Positions 1 through 9,495 of a stretch of DNA of 64,000 nt are shown piece by piece. The notes below the pieces were generated by a model. The model did not search any database. It saw only the letters and a list, made by a program, of their open reading frames with translations, and was not told the origin of the DNA. Within the stretch, counting starts at the first letter, position 1, and the number at the start of each line of letters is the position of its first letter. Source of the stretch: Candidatus Hydrogenedentota bacterium (GTDB lineage Bacteria > Hydrogenedentota > Hydrogenedentia > Hydrogenedentales > JAEUWI01); contig JAXMOL010000044.1 in assembly GCA_034669905.1 (NCBI GenBank), positions 1 through 64,000 of the forward strand. The letters are read 5' to 3'. The translations under genes and the position numbers were made by a program.

Positions 1-81
1 GAAGGCGAAGGCGAAGGCGAAGGTGAAGGTGAAGGTGAAGGTGAAGGTGAAGGTGAAGGTGAAGGTGAAGGTGAAGGTGAA
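1..81 (+). repeat. Hexamer tandem repeat GAAGG(C/T) x13.5 encoding Glu-Gly
   Basis: Directly visible; variation only at the third codon position (GGC/GGT), consistent with a coding repeat. Confidence 0.95.
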
Positions 82-213
82 GCGCCGGTGGGATGTCCTC
101 AGTCGAAGGGTGAGCTAATAGAAACCCTCAAGAAATCATTGGGGGATATTTTCCTCTTTGGATTGGCCCTGTCAACCCTGGTGGGAGTGGCGGCCCTTCG
201 CCGCAGAGACTGA
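1..213 (+). CDS. 3' end of a probable surface protein: (EG)n linker then C-terminal hydrophobic anchor (partial, starts before window)
   Basis: Frame 1 reads (EG)13-E-APVGCPQSKGELIETLKKSLGDIFLFGLALSTLVGVAALRRRD with TGA at 211-213; hydrophobic stretch plus basic tail; followed by a terminator hairpin. Not in the ORF track because it lacks a start here. Confidence 0.85.
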   Translation, partial: EGEGEGEGEGEGEGEGEGEGEGEGEGEAPVGCPQSKGELIETLKKSLGDIFLFGLALSTLVGVAALRRRD

Positions 214-242
214 TAGTTTTTCATAGACTTCCGATCGACCAT

Positions 243-281
243 CGCCACCGCAGGCCCTCGGGCTTTGCGGTGGTGCGTTTT
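243..281 (+). terminator. Probable intrinsic terminator
   Basis: CGCCACCGCAGGCCC / GGGCTTTGCGGTGGTG stem followed by CGTTTTTG, 30 nt after a stop codon. Confidence 0.7.
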
Positions 282-363
282 GTTGGAGCAGTGAGGGATT
301 CGAAAAAAACAACCCGATGGGCCATAATGGGTCATGGATTAGTTGGCTCGGAGGAATCAATCA

Positions 364-972
364 ATGTGGTACGTCGTGGGCGGGTTACTGGGTTTGTTTG
401 TGGCGTTTATCGTGTGGCGATTGGCCTCCGTTTCCCGGGGTGCCCGGCAGCGGGATGAACGCCTGCTGCAACGACTTGATCCCATCGGGCACAAAATCGA
501 TGCGGGAGAGACGGTGACGGCGGAGGAGGTACGTGCCCTCGCGGAGGCCCCCGAGATGCGTTATTTGTTATTTCATGGCCTGCGCGCCATGGACAAGGCG
601 GAATTGTTGCCGACGGATTTTTCGTCACCGATTCAGCAAGCCGAAGCGGCGTTGGTTTATTGGATGTTACACCCCAACGAATTGCAGGCGCCCCCGGAGA
701 ACATAGAGCACCTGCAAGCAGTCATCCACCCGATTCCGGGCAACGAGGCGGCCGTGTTTCATGTCTTTCGCTATCATATGCCTGCGGAGCATTGGGCGGG
801 TAAGGACGGGTGGCTCCTCGGAGTCGTGGGGCCCATGGAGGAGGACCAGGAGCCCTATGAGCGCATGCCGGGTGCCTTTTCGCGGTGCAACGATAAGGTG
901 GGCGATATTACACCGGAGGATCTGGTGGCTTGGTATGCCGACATGATGACGGGGAAAGGGGCCTATGCGTGA
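364..972 (+). CDS. Hypothetical protein with N-terminal membrane anchor
   Basis: GGAGG upstream of ATG 364; MWYVVGGLLGLFVAFIVW hydrophobic N-terminus; no recognised domain. Confidence 0.75.
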   Translation: MWYVVGGLLGLFVAFIVWRLASVSRGARQRDERLLQRLDPIGHKIDAGETVTAEEVRALAEAPEMRYLLFHGLRAMDKAELLPTDFSSPIQQAEAALVYWMLHPNELQAPPENIEHLQAVIHPIPGNEAAVFHVFRYHMPAEHWAGKDGWLLGVVGPMEEDQEPYERMPGAFSRCNDKVGDITPEDLVAWYADMMTGKGAYA

Positions 973-973
973 C

Positions 974-1440
974 GGGGACTGCACCGACGTCATAAATCCT
1001 ACCCCACGAACATGGACCCCGTGGTTAGCCCACCTATTCGGCCTTGTATCACGACCGTAACCGTCGGGGCCGTCCCCCTCTTGAGTGGGATGAAGGGCTT
1101 GGTCTCGTCCCGACGGGTTCCCTTGGAACGCAGACGCTGTCCTGCGGGAGCGGAACGGCAGGCATTACCACGGGGAGGTGGTAGCGGGGGGAAAGCTTGA
1201 AACGGAATCACAGCAGATAAATGTGCCACCCGGTCCCACGCGACCGCCGGTCGGGTTCGGGTGCCTTGAGCCTCCGTGAATCGTTGCTATTTGGGTGACG
1301 GTGCGGTGGACTTTTCATGTTGTGGTCTTGGGGGAGGGGGACGGCCCCGACGGTTGTAGGTTGCTTTCCATTTCTTCGGAATCTTTTTCGCCAAGACACC
1401 CACCTCGTTTGCTTGGGCATACGACGTCGGTGCAGTCCCC
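974..1440. repeat. Two REP-doublet (REPIN-like) units in an intergenic region between convergent genes
   Basis: Motif GGGGAC(T/G)GC(A/C)CCGACG at 974-989(+), 1062-1077(-), 1337-1352(+), 1425-1440(-); both doublets have 72-nt spacers. Confidence 0.75.
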
Positions 1441-1441
1441 G

Positions 1442-2887
1442 CTACGCGAGTATCGCCTTTACCGGATGGCGTTCTTCGACGCCGGAGAGGCGTACGTCGA
1501 GGCCCTGGTAGGGCATGGAAAGCCGTTCATGATCGAGGCCGAGGCAATCGAGAATCGTGGCGTGGAGGTCGTTCACGTGGACCGGGTCCTTCACGATGTT
1601 GTAGCTGAAGTCGTCGGTCTCGCCGTGGACCATACCGGGCTTGATGCCGCCGCCGGCCATCCAGAGGGAGAAGCAGCGGGGGTGGTGGTCGCGGCCGTAG
1701 GTGGTGTCGGTGACCTTGCCCTGGCTGTAGACCGTGCGGCCGAATTCCCCGCCCCAGATGACGAGGGTGTCGTCGAGCATACCGCGCTGTTTGAGGTCAT
1801 TCACCAATGCCGCTGAAGGTTGATCCGTGTCGCGACATTGCTTGGTGAGGTGGTCGGGGAGGTTGTCGTGGTGGTCCCAGCCCATGTGGTAGAGCTGGAC
1901 AAAGCGGACATCCCGCTCGGCCATGCGGCGGGCGAGGAGGCAGTTGCGGGCATAGGTACCGGGCCTGTGCACGTCGGGGCCGTACATTTCCAGAATGTGA
2001 TCGGGCTCGTCGCTGATGTCGGTGAGGTCAGGCACGGCGGATTGCATGCGGAAGGCCAGCTCGTATTGCTCGATGCGGGTTCGGATTTCCGGGTCCTGCA
2101 CCACGGCGTGTTTTTGCTCGTTAAGGTCGCGGAGTTGGTCCAACATTTGGCGACGCACCTGGCTGCTGCAGCCCGCAGGGTTGGCGAGATAGAGTACAGG
2201 CTCTTCGCCTGCCCGCAACTTGATGCCCTGGTAGCGGCCGGGAAGGACGCCACTGCCCCACAGGCGGTCATAGAGGGGTTGGGTGCCCTGTCGCCCGGTG
2301 CCTCGGGAAATCATGACGGTGAAGGTGGGCAGGTTCTGGTTGGCACTGCCCAGGCCATAGGCCACCCAGGCACCCATGCTGGGACGTCCGGCCAACTGGG
2401 AGCCGGTCTGGCAGAAGGTAATGGCCGGGTCGTGGTTGATGGCTTCCGTGTGCATGGAGCGGATGACGCAGATGTCGTCGGCGATGTTGGCCGTGTGGGG
2501 GAGGAGCTCGCTGAGCCACATGCCGCTCTGTCCATGCTGCGCAAAGGAAAAGCGAGACGCCGTCACGGGGAAGTTGGCCTGGCCCGAAGTCATGCCGGTG
2601 AGGCGCTGGCCCATGCGGATGCTGTCGGGCAGCTCCGTGGTGTCGAGGTCTTTCAAATTGGGTTTATAGTCGAAGGTTTCGATCTGGGTGGGGGCACCCG
2701 ATTGAAACAGATAGATGACCCGTTTGGCCCGGGGCGCGATATGGGTCACCGCTTCCTGGATGGACTCGGTGCTGGCACCGGCCTGTTGCATGCCGAGGAG
2801 ACCCAGGGCGGCGGCGCCCAAGCTGCAGCCTGAGCGTTGAAGGAAGTCGCGGCGGTTGATCTGCTGTGCGAATTTTAAGGCGTCCAT
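1442..2887 (-). CDS. DUF1501 family protein (planctomycete-type, Tat-like signal)
   Basis: NRRDFL twin-Arg; AKRVIYLFQSGAP, GWDHH, WGGEFGRT and GRDHHP motifs; adjacent to a DUF1549/1553 gene. Confidence 0.9.
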   Translation of the reverse strand: MDALKFAQQINRRDFLQRSGCSLGAAALGLLGMQQAGASTESIQEAVTHIAPRAKRVIYLFQSGAPTQIETFDYKPNLKDLDTTELPDSIRMGQRLTGMTSGQANFPVTASRFSFAQHGQSGMWLSELLPHTANIADDICVIRSMHTEAINHDPAITFCQTGSQLAGRPSMGAWVAYGLGSANQNLPTFTVMISRGTGRQGTQPLYDRLWGSGVLPGRYQGIKLRAGEEPVLYLANPAGCSSQVRRQMLDQLRDLNEQKHAVVQDPEIRTRIEQYELAFRMQSAVPDLTDISDEPDHILEMYGPDVHRPGTYARNCLLARRMAERDVRFVQLYHMGWDHHDNLPDHLTKQCRDTDQPSAALVNDLKQRGMLDDTLVIWGGEFGRTVYSQGKVTDTTYGRDHHPRCFSLWMAGGGIKPGMVHGETDDFSYNIVKDPVHVNDLHATILDCLGLDHERLSMPYQGLDVRLSGVEERHPVKAILA

Positions 2888-2892
2888 GATAC

Positions 2893-5800
2893 TTATTCCC
2901 GCGTCAAGGTTTCGTCGAGGTTGAGCAATACGCCCGCCAGGGGCATGTAGGCCGCCAATTCGGCGCTTGGAATTTCGGAGGGTACATCCGACTCGCCGTT
3001 GGCGATCAGGGCGGTCGCGGCATCGGCGTCGGCGCTATAGTGTGCCCGGTAGCCCTCCAGTCCCGCCCGCAAGGTGTCTCGCTCGGAAGCCGTTGGGAAA
3101 CGTCCGGTGACCAGTCGAAATCCATAGTTCAGCCGTTCGTCCATGTCGCCCTCCACGTCCAGCAGCATGCGCTGGGCGAGATGGCGGGCGGCTTCCACAT
3201 AGGTGGTGTCATTAAGCAGGGCCAGGGCCTGCAGCGGCGTGTTGGTCCGTCCCCGTCGTGCCAGACAGACTTCGAAGCTGGGTGCATCGAAGGTGCTGAG
3301 CGTGGGGTGGGGCACGGTCCGTTTGCGGTGGGTGTAAATACTTCGTCGGTACAAATCCTCGCCTGTGCCCTGCTTATAGGGCCCCTGGCTGGCGCCGCCT
3401 GCGAGCTCTTCCCAGAGTCCCGGTGGCTGATAGGGCATGGCGGGCGGGCCCCCCAGCCGTTTCGTGAGGAGGCCACTGACCGCCAGGGCGTTGTCCCGAA
3501 GCATCTCGGCCGTGAGGCGATAGCGGGGTGCCCGGGCGTAAAACCGATTCTCCGGGTCTGCGGTGCGGAGCTCTTCGGTCAATGCGCTGGACTGGCGGTA
3601 GGTGGCGCTGGTGACCAGTTCGCGGAAGAGGCCCTTTACGTCCCATCCGCTTTCCACAAAGTGCACGGCCAGGGCGTCGAGTAGATCGGGGTGGGTGGGT
3701 GGACTACCCTGCACGCCAAAGTCTTCGGCGGTTTTGACCAACCCCTTGCCGAAGGTCATCTGCCAGAAGCGGTTGACGGCGACGCGGGCGGTGAGGGGAT
3801 TTTCCGGTGCGACCAGCCACTGGGCGAGGCCGAGTCGGTTCTGCGGCGCGCCCTCGGGCAAGGGCGGCAGGAAATCGGGTGTGTTGGGGTGGAGTACTTC
3901 GCTGGTGTCGGGGGCATCATAGGCGCCGCGTTGGAGCAGATAGGTCGGCCGGGGTTCGGCGCGCTCTTGCATGACCATGACGCTGGGGATATTTTTCGCA
4001 AACTCGTTGCGCGCTTTGGTGGCCGCATCGACGGCCTGTTGGGCAGGCCGGGTGGTGAGGGCCGTGCGCCGTCCATGGTATTCCCGGAGCACTTCCGCGA
4101 GGTTGTCGGGAATAGGATCAGGGAGCAGGGTGGCAAACATGGAGTCAATATGGGCATTCCACTGGGATTCATCCAGGGCGACATCGAAGACGCTCAGGCC
4201 GGCCACTTCGCCCTTCAGATAGGTCGATGTGGTGCGTTGTCCGATGCGGAAGGGCTCCTTGGTGTCGATGGGGCCGCTCAGACTATCGTGGATTACCGTA
4301 GTGGCGACGGAGGTGCCGTTCACGAATAGCTGGAGGCCTGCGGCCTTCCCGGTGCCATCGCTTGTGACGGCCACGTGGCTCCATTGGCCCAGGGTCAGTA
4401 CGTCATTGGCGGCTACCTTTAGGGCATCTTTGTCCCACTTGCTGACCATATGGACTTCGAGGTTCCCGTTACCCGTGACGAGGGCGTCGATGCCGCGATA
4501 GTCCTGGGACTCATCCATCTTGGACCATAGGGCACCGGTAGTCTCCGGTCGGACCCACAGGGCGATGCTGAAGGGGGCAGTTCGTTTCAGGGTGACGGTC
4601 TGGCCGAGGGCGACGGTCGATTCCGCCGTGCCGTCGAGGGCGAGGACGGAGCCGAGGGGGCCGGATTTCCACGAAGGATTCGCCGCGGTGCCTTCCTCCG
4701 CGCGGTTGGTGATGGCGAGGGTGCCGTTCAGTGGGGCTTCCAGCGTGGCCGCGGTCTCCACGGTCGCTGGGGAAGCGAGGCTGCTCAACCATGTGTCATA
4801 GTCGCCGCTGCCCGCTGCCCGGGCGTCATCCAGCGCCTTTTGGGCATCCGCAACAGACTGGTCGCGTTTCGCGAGCTGCTGTTGTTGCTGGAAGCTGGGG
4901 AGTTGTACCTGGGGTCCCGCGTTGCCCCGGGTTTCCTGGTAAAAGCCCCGGTCTTCCGTGCTGTTGAAGAAGGCGTAGAACTCATAGAAACTGCGCTGCG
5001 AAATGGGGTCGTACTTGTGGTCGTGGCAGCGGGCACAGCCCATAGACAGCCCCAGCAGGAGGGTGGAGGTGGTTTCTACCCGGTCGACGAGATTTTCGAC
5101 GAGCCACTCTTCCTCGATGGAGCCGCCTTCGGTGACCGATTTGTTGTTGCGGTTAAAGCCCGTGGCGATGCGCTGGGACTCGGTGGCGTGGGGGAGGAGG
5201 TCACCCGCAATTTGCTCCATGACGAACTGGTCGTAGGGCATGTTGTCGTTGAAGGCGCCGATGACCCAATCGCGCCAAGGCCACATGACCCGGTGAAAGT
5301 CATTCTGGTAGCCGTTGGTGTCGGCGTAGCGGGCTCCGTCGAGCCACGTGCGGGCCAGATGCTCCCCATAGGCGGGGGAGGCGAAGAGCCGATCCACGAG
5401 GCGTTCATAGGCGTCGGGGCTGTTGTCGAGGAGGAATTGGTCGATGGCCTCTGGGGTGGGGGGAAGGCCTGTGAGGTCGAGTGTGAGGCGACGGATCAGG
5501 GTTTCCCGGGAGGCTTCGGGCGCGGGGGTCAGTCCGCGGGCTTCCATCTTCGCCAGGATAAAGCGGTCCATGTCATTCCGGGGCCAGGCGCTATGCTGGA
5601 CCGGAGGGAGCGAGGTCGTCGCGGGGGGCGTAAAAGCCCAGTGCCCTTTCCACGGTGCGCCCTCGGCAATCCATTCGCGGATGAGGGCGGCTTCTTCCGG
5701 GGTCAGTGGCGCTTTCTGGGATTCGGGGGGCGGCATCTGCTCATCGGGGTCTTGGGAGAGGATACGTTTGAGCAGTTCGCTGCTATCGGGAGAGCCCGCC

Positions 5801-6009
5801 ACAATGACCGCCGCTTTCGCATCGGCCTCCTGGTCGAGGCGTAACTTCCCCTTCCGTTGGGCCGCATCGGGGCCGTGACAGGCAAAGCAACGGTCTGCGA
5901 GGAGGGGCTGGATGTCCTGCTGGAAATCAACCGCGGTGGCGGGCAAGGCCGCCAGCAGTATCAGGCCGGTTAACATCTGCTGGATAGCCGGAAAAAATAG
6001 GCGGTACAT
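2893..6009 (-). CDS. Planctomycete cytochrome c + DUF1549/DUF1553 (PSD1) protein with LamG-like insert
   Basis: CFACH and CARCH motifs; HWAF, RRLTLDLTGLPPT, ARVAVNRFWQ, NTPLQALALLN; central LamG-like segment (WSHVAVT). Confidence 0.9.
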   Translation of the reverse strand: MYRLFFPAIQQMLTGLILLAALPATAVDFQQDIQPLLADRCFACHGPDAAQRKGKLRLDQEADAKAAVIVAGSPDSSELLKRILSQDPDEQMPPPESQKAPLTPEEAALIREWIAEGAPWKGHWAFTPPATTSLPPVQHSAWPRNDMDRFILAKMEARGLTPAPEASRETLIRRLTLDLTGLPPTPEAIDQFLLDNSPDAYERLVDRLFASPAYGEHLARTWLDGARYADTNGYQNDFHRVMWPWRDWVIGAFNDNMPYDQFVMEQIAGDLLPHATESQRIATGFNRNNKSVTEGGSIEEEWLVENLVDRVETTSTLLLGLSMGCARCHDHKYDPISQRSFYEFYAFFNSTEDRGFYQETRGNAGPQVQLPSFQQQQQLAKRDQSVADAQKALDDARAAGSGDYDTWLSSLASPATVETAATLEAPLNGTLAITNRAEEGTAANPSWKSGPLGSVLALDGTAESTVALGQTVTLKRTAPFSIALWVRPETTGALWSKMDESQDYRGIDALVTGNGNLEVHMVSKWDKDALKVAANDVLTLGQWSHVAVTSDGTGKAAGLQLFVNGTSVATTVIHDSLSGPIDTKEPFRIGQRTTSTYLKGEVAGLSVFDVALDESQWNAHIDSMFATLLPDPIPDNLAEVLREYHGRRTALTTRPAQQAVDAATKARNEFAKNIPSVMVMQERAEPRPTYLLQRGAYDAPDTSEVLHPNTPDFLPPLPEGAPQNRLGLAQWLVAPENPLTARVAVNRFWQMTFGKGLVKTAEDFGVQGSPPTHPDLLDALAVHFVESGWDVKGLFRELVTSATYRQSSALTEELRTADPENRFYARAPRYRLTAEMLRDNALAVSGLLTKRLGGPPAMPYQPPGLWEELAGGASQGPYKQGTGEDLYRRSIYTHRKRTVPHPTLSTFDAPSFEVCLARRGRTNTPLQALALLNDTTYVEAARHLAQRMLLDVEGDMDERLNYGFRLVTGRFPTASERDTLRAGLEGYRAHYSADADAATALIANGESDVPSEIPSAELAAYMPLAGVLLNLDETLTRE

Positions 6010-6218
6010 AGGAAATGCTCTCTCAGGGTGACGACAAGCTGGGTCTGGTCACTGCTCATTCCACGGTGAATACCCATGGAGCCAGACCACAGTGCATTGA
6101 AGCACACTAGTCGCTTTAGTTCAAGAGAATAGACCCGGGATTGGACGGGAGGGATTCATGGAACACGATAGCGGCGCGGGGACCCGCCGAGCTGGTGGCG
6201 GTCCATCCCTGGCAGAGC

Positions 6219-6254
6219 AAAAAAGCAGAGACCCACATTGCTGTGAGTCTCTGC
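6219..6254 (-). terminator. Intrinsic terminator of the DUF1559 gene
   Basis: GCAGAGACCCACA/TGTGAGTCTCTGC hairpin with an A6 run on + (U tract on -). Confidence 0.7.
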
Positions 6255-6315
6255 CCGATTTGATTGGGTTCCTTAAGCGCGATAGTCCGCACTTATTCCG
6301 GAACTTTTTCCTGGT

Positions 6316-7326
6316 TTAGTAGTTGTACACGGCCAGGGGGAAGTTCCGGAGACCGATGATCTTGAGACCGGTCGCATTCGGATCCTGCGGATACTTCACA
6401 AACTCGACGTGGCCGTCCATGGCGAGCACATTCACGCCACCAGGAACGTGGGCAAAGGAGCCCGGATCAAGTTCGCCGTTGGGTCCGTCGGTGCCGAAAT
6501 AGTCGAACATCAGCGGAATCTGAGACTGTGCCTTCGCAGCGCCAGCGGGGTTGTTGATATCCGTGATCATGAAACGCTCGATGCCTTCACGCAGCATGAA
6601 GGATTCTACGTTCACGCCAGCCGTCGGCAGGGAGATCGTGATGCTGCCACTCGCATATTCGCTGACATCGGTGGGGAAGTCGTCACCCGACATGATGGTG
6701 CCGATGGTGGCGAACGCATCCGCCTGATCGTGCATCCATTCGCCATCCACCGTGGAGGGCATGATCGCGTAGGACTGTCCGCCCGCGCTCATGGGGATGC
6801 AATAGTTACGACGATAGTCCAAATCATCGCAGCTGCCGCTGGCACCATCGGCTACTTTTCTCTTGGCCAGGCTGACAATTTCCTTGGGCCAGGCTTCGTT
6901 CTCCCAGTCGTTGTGCGGAGTGATCCACCAGATGGGCGGGTCGCCATCTTCGGCAACGGCTTCGGCCCAGGTGTTCACGTTAGAGGGGCAATAATAGGCC
7001 TGAAGGTCCGAAATGTACTCCGGGTATACCTGCCCGATAAAGGGGTCGAACCAGAGGTCCTGGGAGTTGTTGGTTCTTGAATTCGGCGCATTGTAATAGC
7101 GCGTCTGGTTGATGGGGAATGCGCCATTGGATTCGTCGGCGTACATCTTGGCCGACAGGCCCAACTGTTTCAGGTTGTTTGCACAACTGGCGCGACGGGC
7201 GGCTTCTCGTGCCCGGGCGAGGGCGGGGAGGAGGATGGCAGCCAGAATGCCGATAATGGCGATAACCACGAGCAGCTCAATCAGGGTGAAACCCTGACGT
7301 GGTTGCGACTTACTTTTCTGCAACAT
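6316..7326 (-). CDS. Prepilin-type N-terminal cleavage / DUF1559 / H-X9-DG domain protein
   Basis: [44 protein letters not shown]-terminal [14 protein letters not shown]. Confidence 0.93.
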   Translation of the reverse strand: MLQKSKSQPRQGFTLIELLVVIAIIGILAAILLPALARAREAARRASCANNLKQLGLSAKMYADESNGAFPINQTRYYNAPNSRTNNSQDLWFDPFIGQVYPEYISDLQAYYCPSNVNTWAEAVAEDGDPPIWWITPHNDWENEAWPKEIVSLAKRKVADGASGSCDDLDYRRNYCIPMSAGGQSYAIMPSTVDGEWMHDQADAFATIGTIMSGDDFPTDVSEYASGSITISLPTAGVNVESFMLREGIERFMITDINNPAGAAKAQSQIPLMFDYFGTDGPNGELDPGSFAHVPGGVNVLAMDGHVEFVKYPQDPNATGLKIIGLRNFPLAVYNY

Positions 7327-7370
7327 AGGGGTTGATTCCTTGATGTCTAGATACGATAGACACGGGTTAA

Positions 7371-7399
7371 ATGTTAATAAAACAATACTAGAAATGCAA
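7371..7399 (-). promoter_or_regulatory. Candidate sigma70 promoter of the DUF1559 gene
   Basis: Minus strand TTGCAT-N17-TAACAT in an AT-rich patch about 45 nt upstream of the start. Confidence 0.5.
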
Positions 7400-7815
7400 T
7401 AAAATACTATGAGGTATTAAGTGTGTGTAAAGTGGAAAAGTGCCTCCTTTCTTTGCTGGGCGCCGCCAGTCGGACCCGGCTTTTCTGCCGTCATACACGA
7501 TGCCGCGTCGCGGGTTTCTGTGCCGATACAGGCGCCCGAGACGGATGAACGGATTCGAGAGCGTCGCCGCGTTGTATACGGAGCGGGCTCTCCAGCCGTT
7601 GCAATGGCATCATGTAGTGGTGGTGTGTGGTTGCCCCGTAGGAATGTTGCCCTGTTTTATGGGGCCTGTGGGCCCCGTGCCGCGATTAAATCGATACCGA
7701 CCCCTCAGTTCCGAGGGGCACCTGAATAACGTCATCCGTTACATGTCGTGAGTAATGCACCGACATAAGGTTATGGATATGTTACATGCAGGTAGTAGTA
7801 ATCTAATACGCCCTC

Positions 7816-7843
7816 AGTATAGCAAAAACTTTCAAAAAGTCAA
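7816..7843 (-). promoter_or_regulatory. Candidate strong sigma70 promoter
   Basis: Minus strand TTGACT-N16-TATACT. Confidence 0.55.
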
Positions 7844-8375
7844 GCCCCTGTTTTATTCAGGGGGGGGCATGTAATGTATGGCATACATGGGGGCGGTGCC
7901 CACGGTGCAGTGAAAACACGGTACAGACGCATTGGATTGGAGTATTCTATTCACTCCATTTGCCGCCAGGAATAGGGGCTGGGCTTGTGAGGTGTGGCGC
8001 GCAGCGGGTGGCGATCAGGATTGCTGGTGTTCTGTCTGCTTGCCGTCAGCTTCGAATCACCTCGGCCCCTTCGGCCTGTGCATTGTGAAATAGACTCATG
8101 GGAGGGGGGCACCGTGAGGACTTCCAAGTCCGCGAGTCGCTGCGCACCCCGCATAGTTCTGGACCCGAGGCCGCTTACCCGTCCGCCGTCCTGAGCCATC
8201 GCTTGGGACGGGGGAGTTTGGGGGCGGGTGGTTGGCATCGTTCGCCGGGTATCGTCGCTCGGTCTCTTTTTTACTTCTGCGGTCAATTGGGGTATGCTCA
8301 CGGGGTGGGGTTGGACCGCTTACCGCCGGTGAGTTGGTCTACATCATTGCCGCTGCGGGGCTGGAGCGTATCAGG

Positions 8376-9383
8376 GTGAATGGTATCCGTTTGAGCATCG
8401 TCGTCGCGCTGTGTGGTCTTGTGCCGGTTTTTTCGGAGCCCATCCACCGCATTACCCTGGATGGAAACTTTGATGACTGGGCTGCCGTTCCGTCGTACCT
8501 GGATCCTGCGGATGACCAGCACGACACGGATCATGATTTGGCTACGGATGTGCCGGACTATGTGGACCATGAAGATGTGGATCTGCTGGAGTTCAAGTTT
8601 ACCCACGATGAGGATAACTTCTACGGGTATTTTCGTTCCCGTGGTGTCATCGGCCGGACGCAGAACAGTGGTGCCGGTGCGGCGGGGCGCTATTACGCCA
8701 TTATCACCATTGATATGGACAACAACGACGTGACGGGCTACCCGCTGCATGAGGGCGGGTACTACCCGACGACCACGGGTTACGATATGAATATGGAGGT
8801 CGAGTACTACGACGGGGCTTTCAATACAGGGCATTACCTGTTGCATGGTTGCCTGGATGCGACCACCTTCAACGCCTCGCAGGCGGAGCAATCGCAGGGC
8901 TTTGTGACCCTGGTTCCCGGCAACTATGACTGCTATACCCAATGGGTGTGGTATGACACGCCCCCGGGATTTGCCAACGAAATTATCATTCCGACGGGTG
9001 AGGCCATCTACTGGGTGGCGGATCGGGGGCCGGTCTATCCCGGTTCCATCATCGAGATATTTCTTTCGGCCGATGGCCATGAAGCGGAAATGCGGGCACC
9101 CTTCCGGGGATTCATGAAGGACAGTCCCGGGGGAAATCCGATTATTGCGTTGGGTGATACCATCGACGTGTCCTTCTCCCTGGAAGCCAGTGGGGAGCTG
9201 GCCGTGGGGGCGGAGTGGGCGTCGGATACGGCGGATCCCATTGTGGGTTATGTGCTGGGTAGCAGTGAAGCCAGTTCTCCGCTGCCGGTAGGGCGTGCAG
9301 CCTATATCGTGATTATTGCTTTATTCATTATTCTCGCAATGGTGCGTTACCTGGCGCTCTTGCGCGAAGAGCGCGATAAATAG
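8376..9383 (+). CDS. Secreted protein (DGxxDDW motif, CBM9/DOMON-like start) with C-terminal LPV-TM-charged tail
   Basis: GTG 8376 with GGAG upstream and signal-like N-terminus; close paralog of the next gene; ends PLPVGRAAYIVIIALFIILAMVRYLALLREERDK. Confidence 0.8.
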   Translation: MNGIRLSIVVALCGLVPVFSEPIHRITLDGNFDDWAAVPSYLDPADDQHDTDHDLATDVPDYVDHEDVDLLEFKFTHDEDNFYGYFRSRGVIGRTQNSGAGAAGRYYAIITIDMDNNDVTGYPLHEGGYYPTTTGYDMNMEVEYYDGAFNTGHYLLHGCLDATTFNASQAEQSQGFVTLVPGNYDCYTQWVWYDTPPGFANEIIIPTGEAIYWVADRGPVYPGSIIEIFLSADGHEAEMRAPFRGFMKDSPGGNPIIALGDTIDVSFSLEASGELAVGAEWASDTADPIVGYVLGSSEASSPLPVGRAAYIVIIALFIILAMVRYLALLREERDK

Positions 9384-9495
9384 GTTTCAATTTTCGTTCA
9401 AAGGCGGTATGATAGGGGTGCGGGGCGGATGTACGTAAAAGCGTAGAACACATGTGCCCGTTGGCAAATTACCAAGTTGCAGGAGTTGTAGTACC

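Noticed and set aside
1..81. Tandem repeat as CRISPR or phase-variation tract
   Set aside because: No spacers; in-frame hexamer encoding Glu-Gly with synonymous variation.
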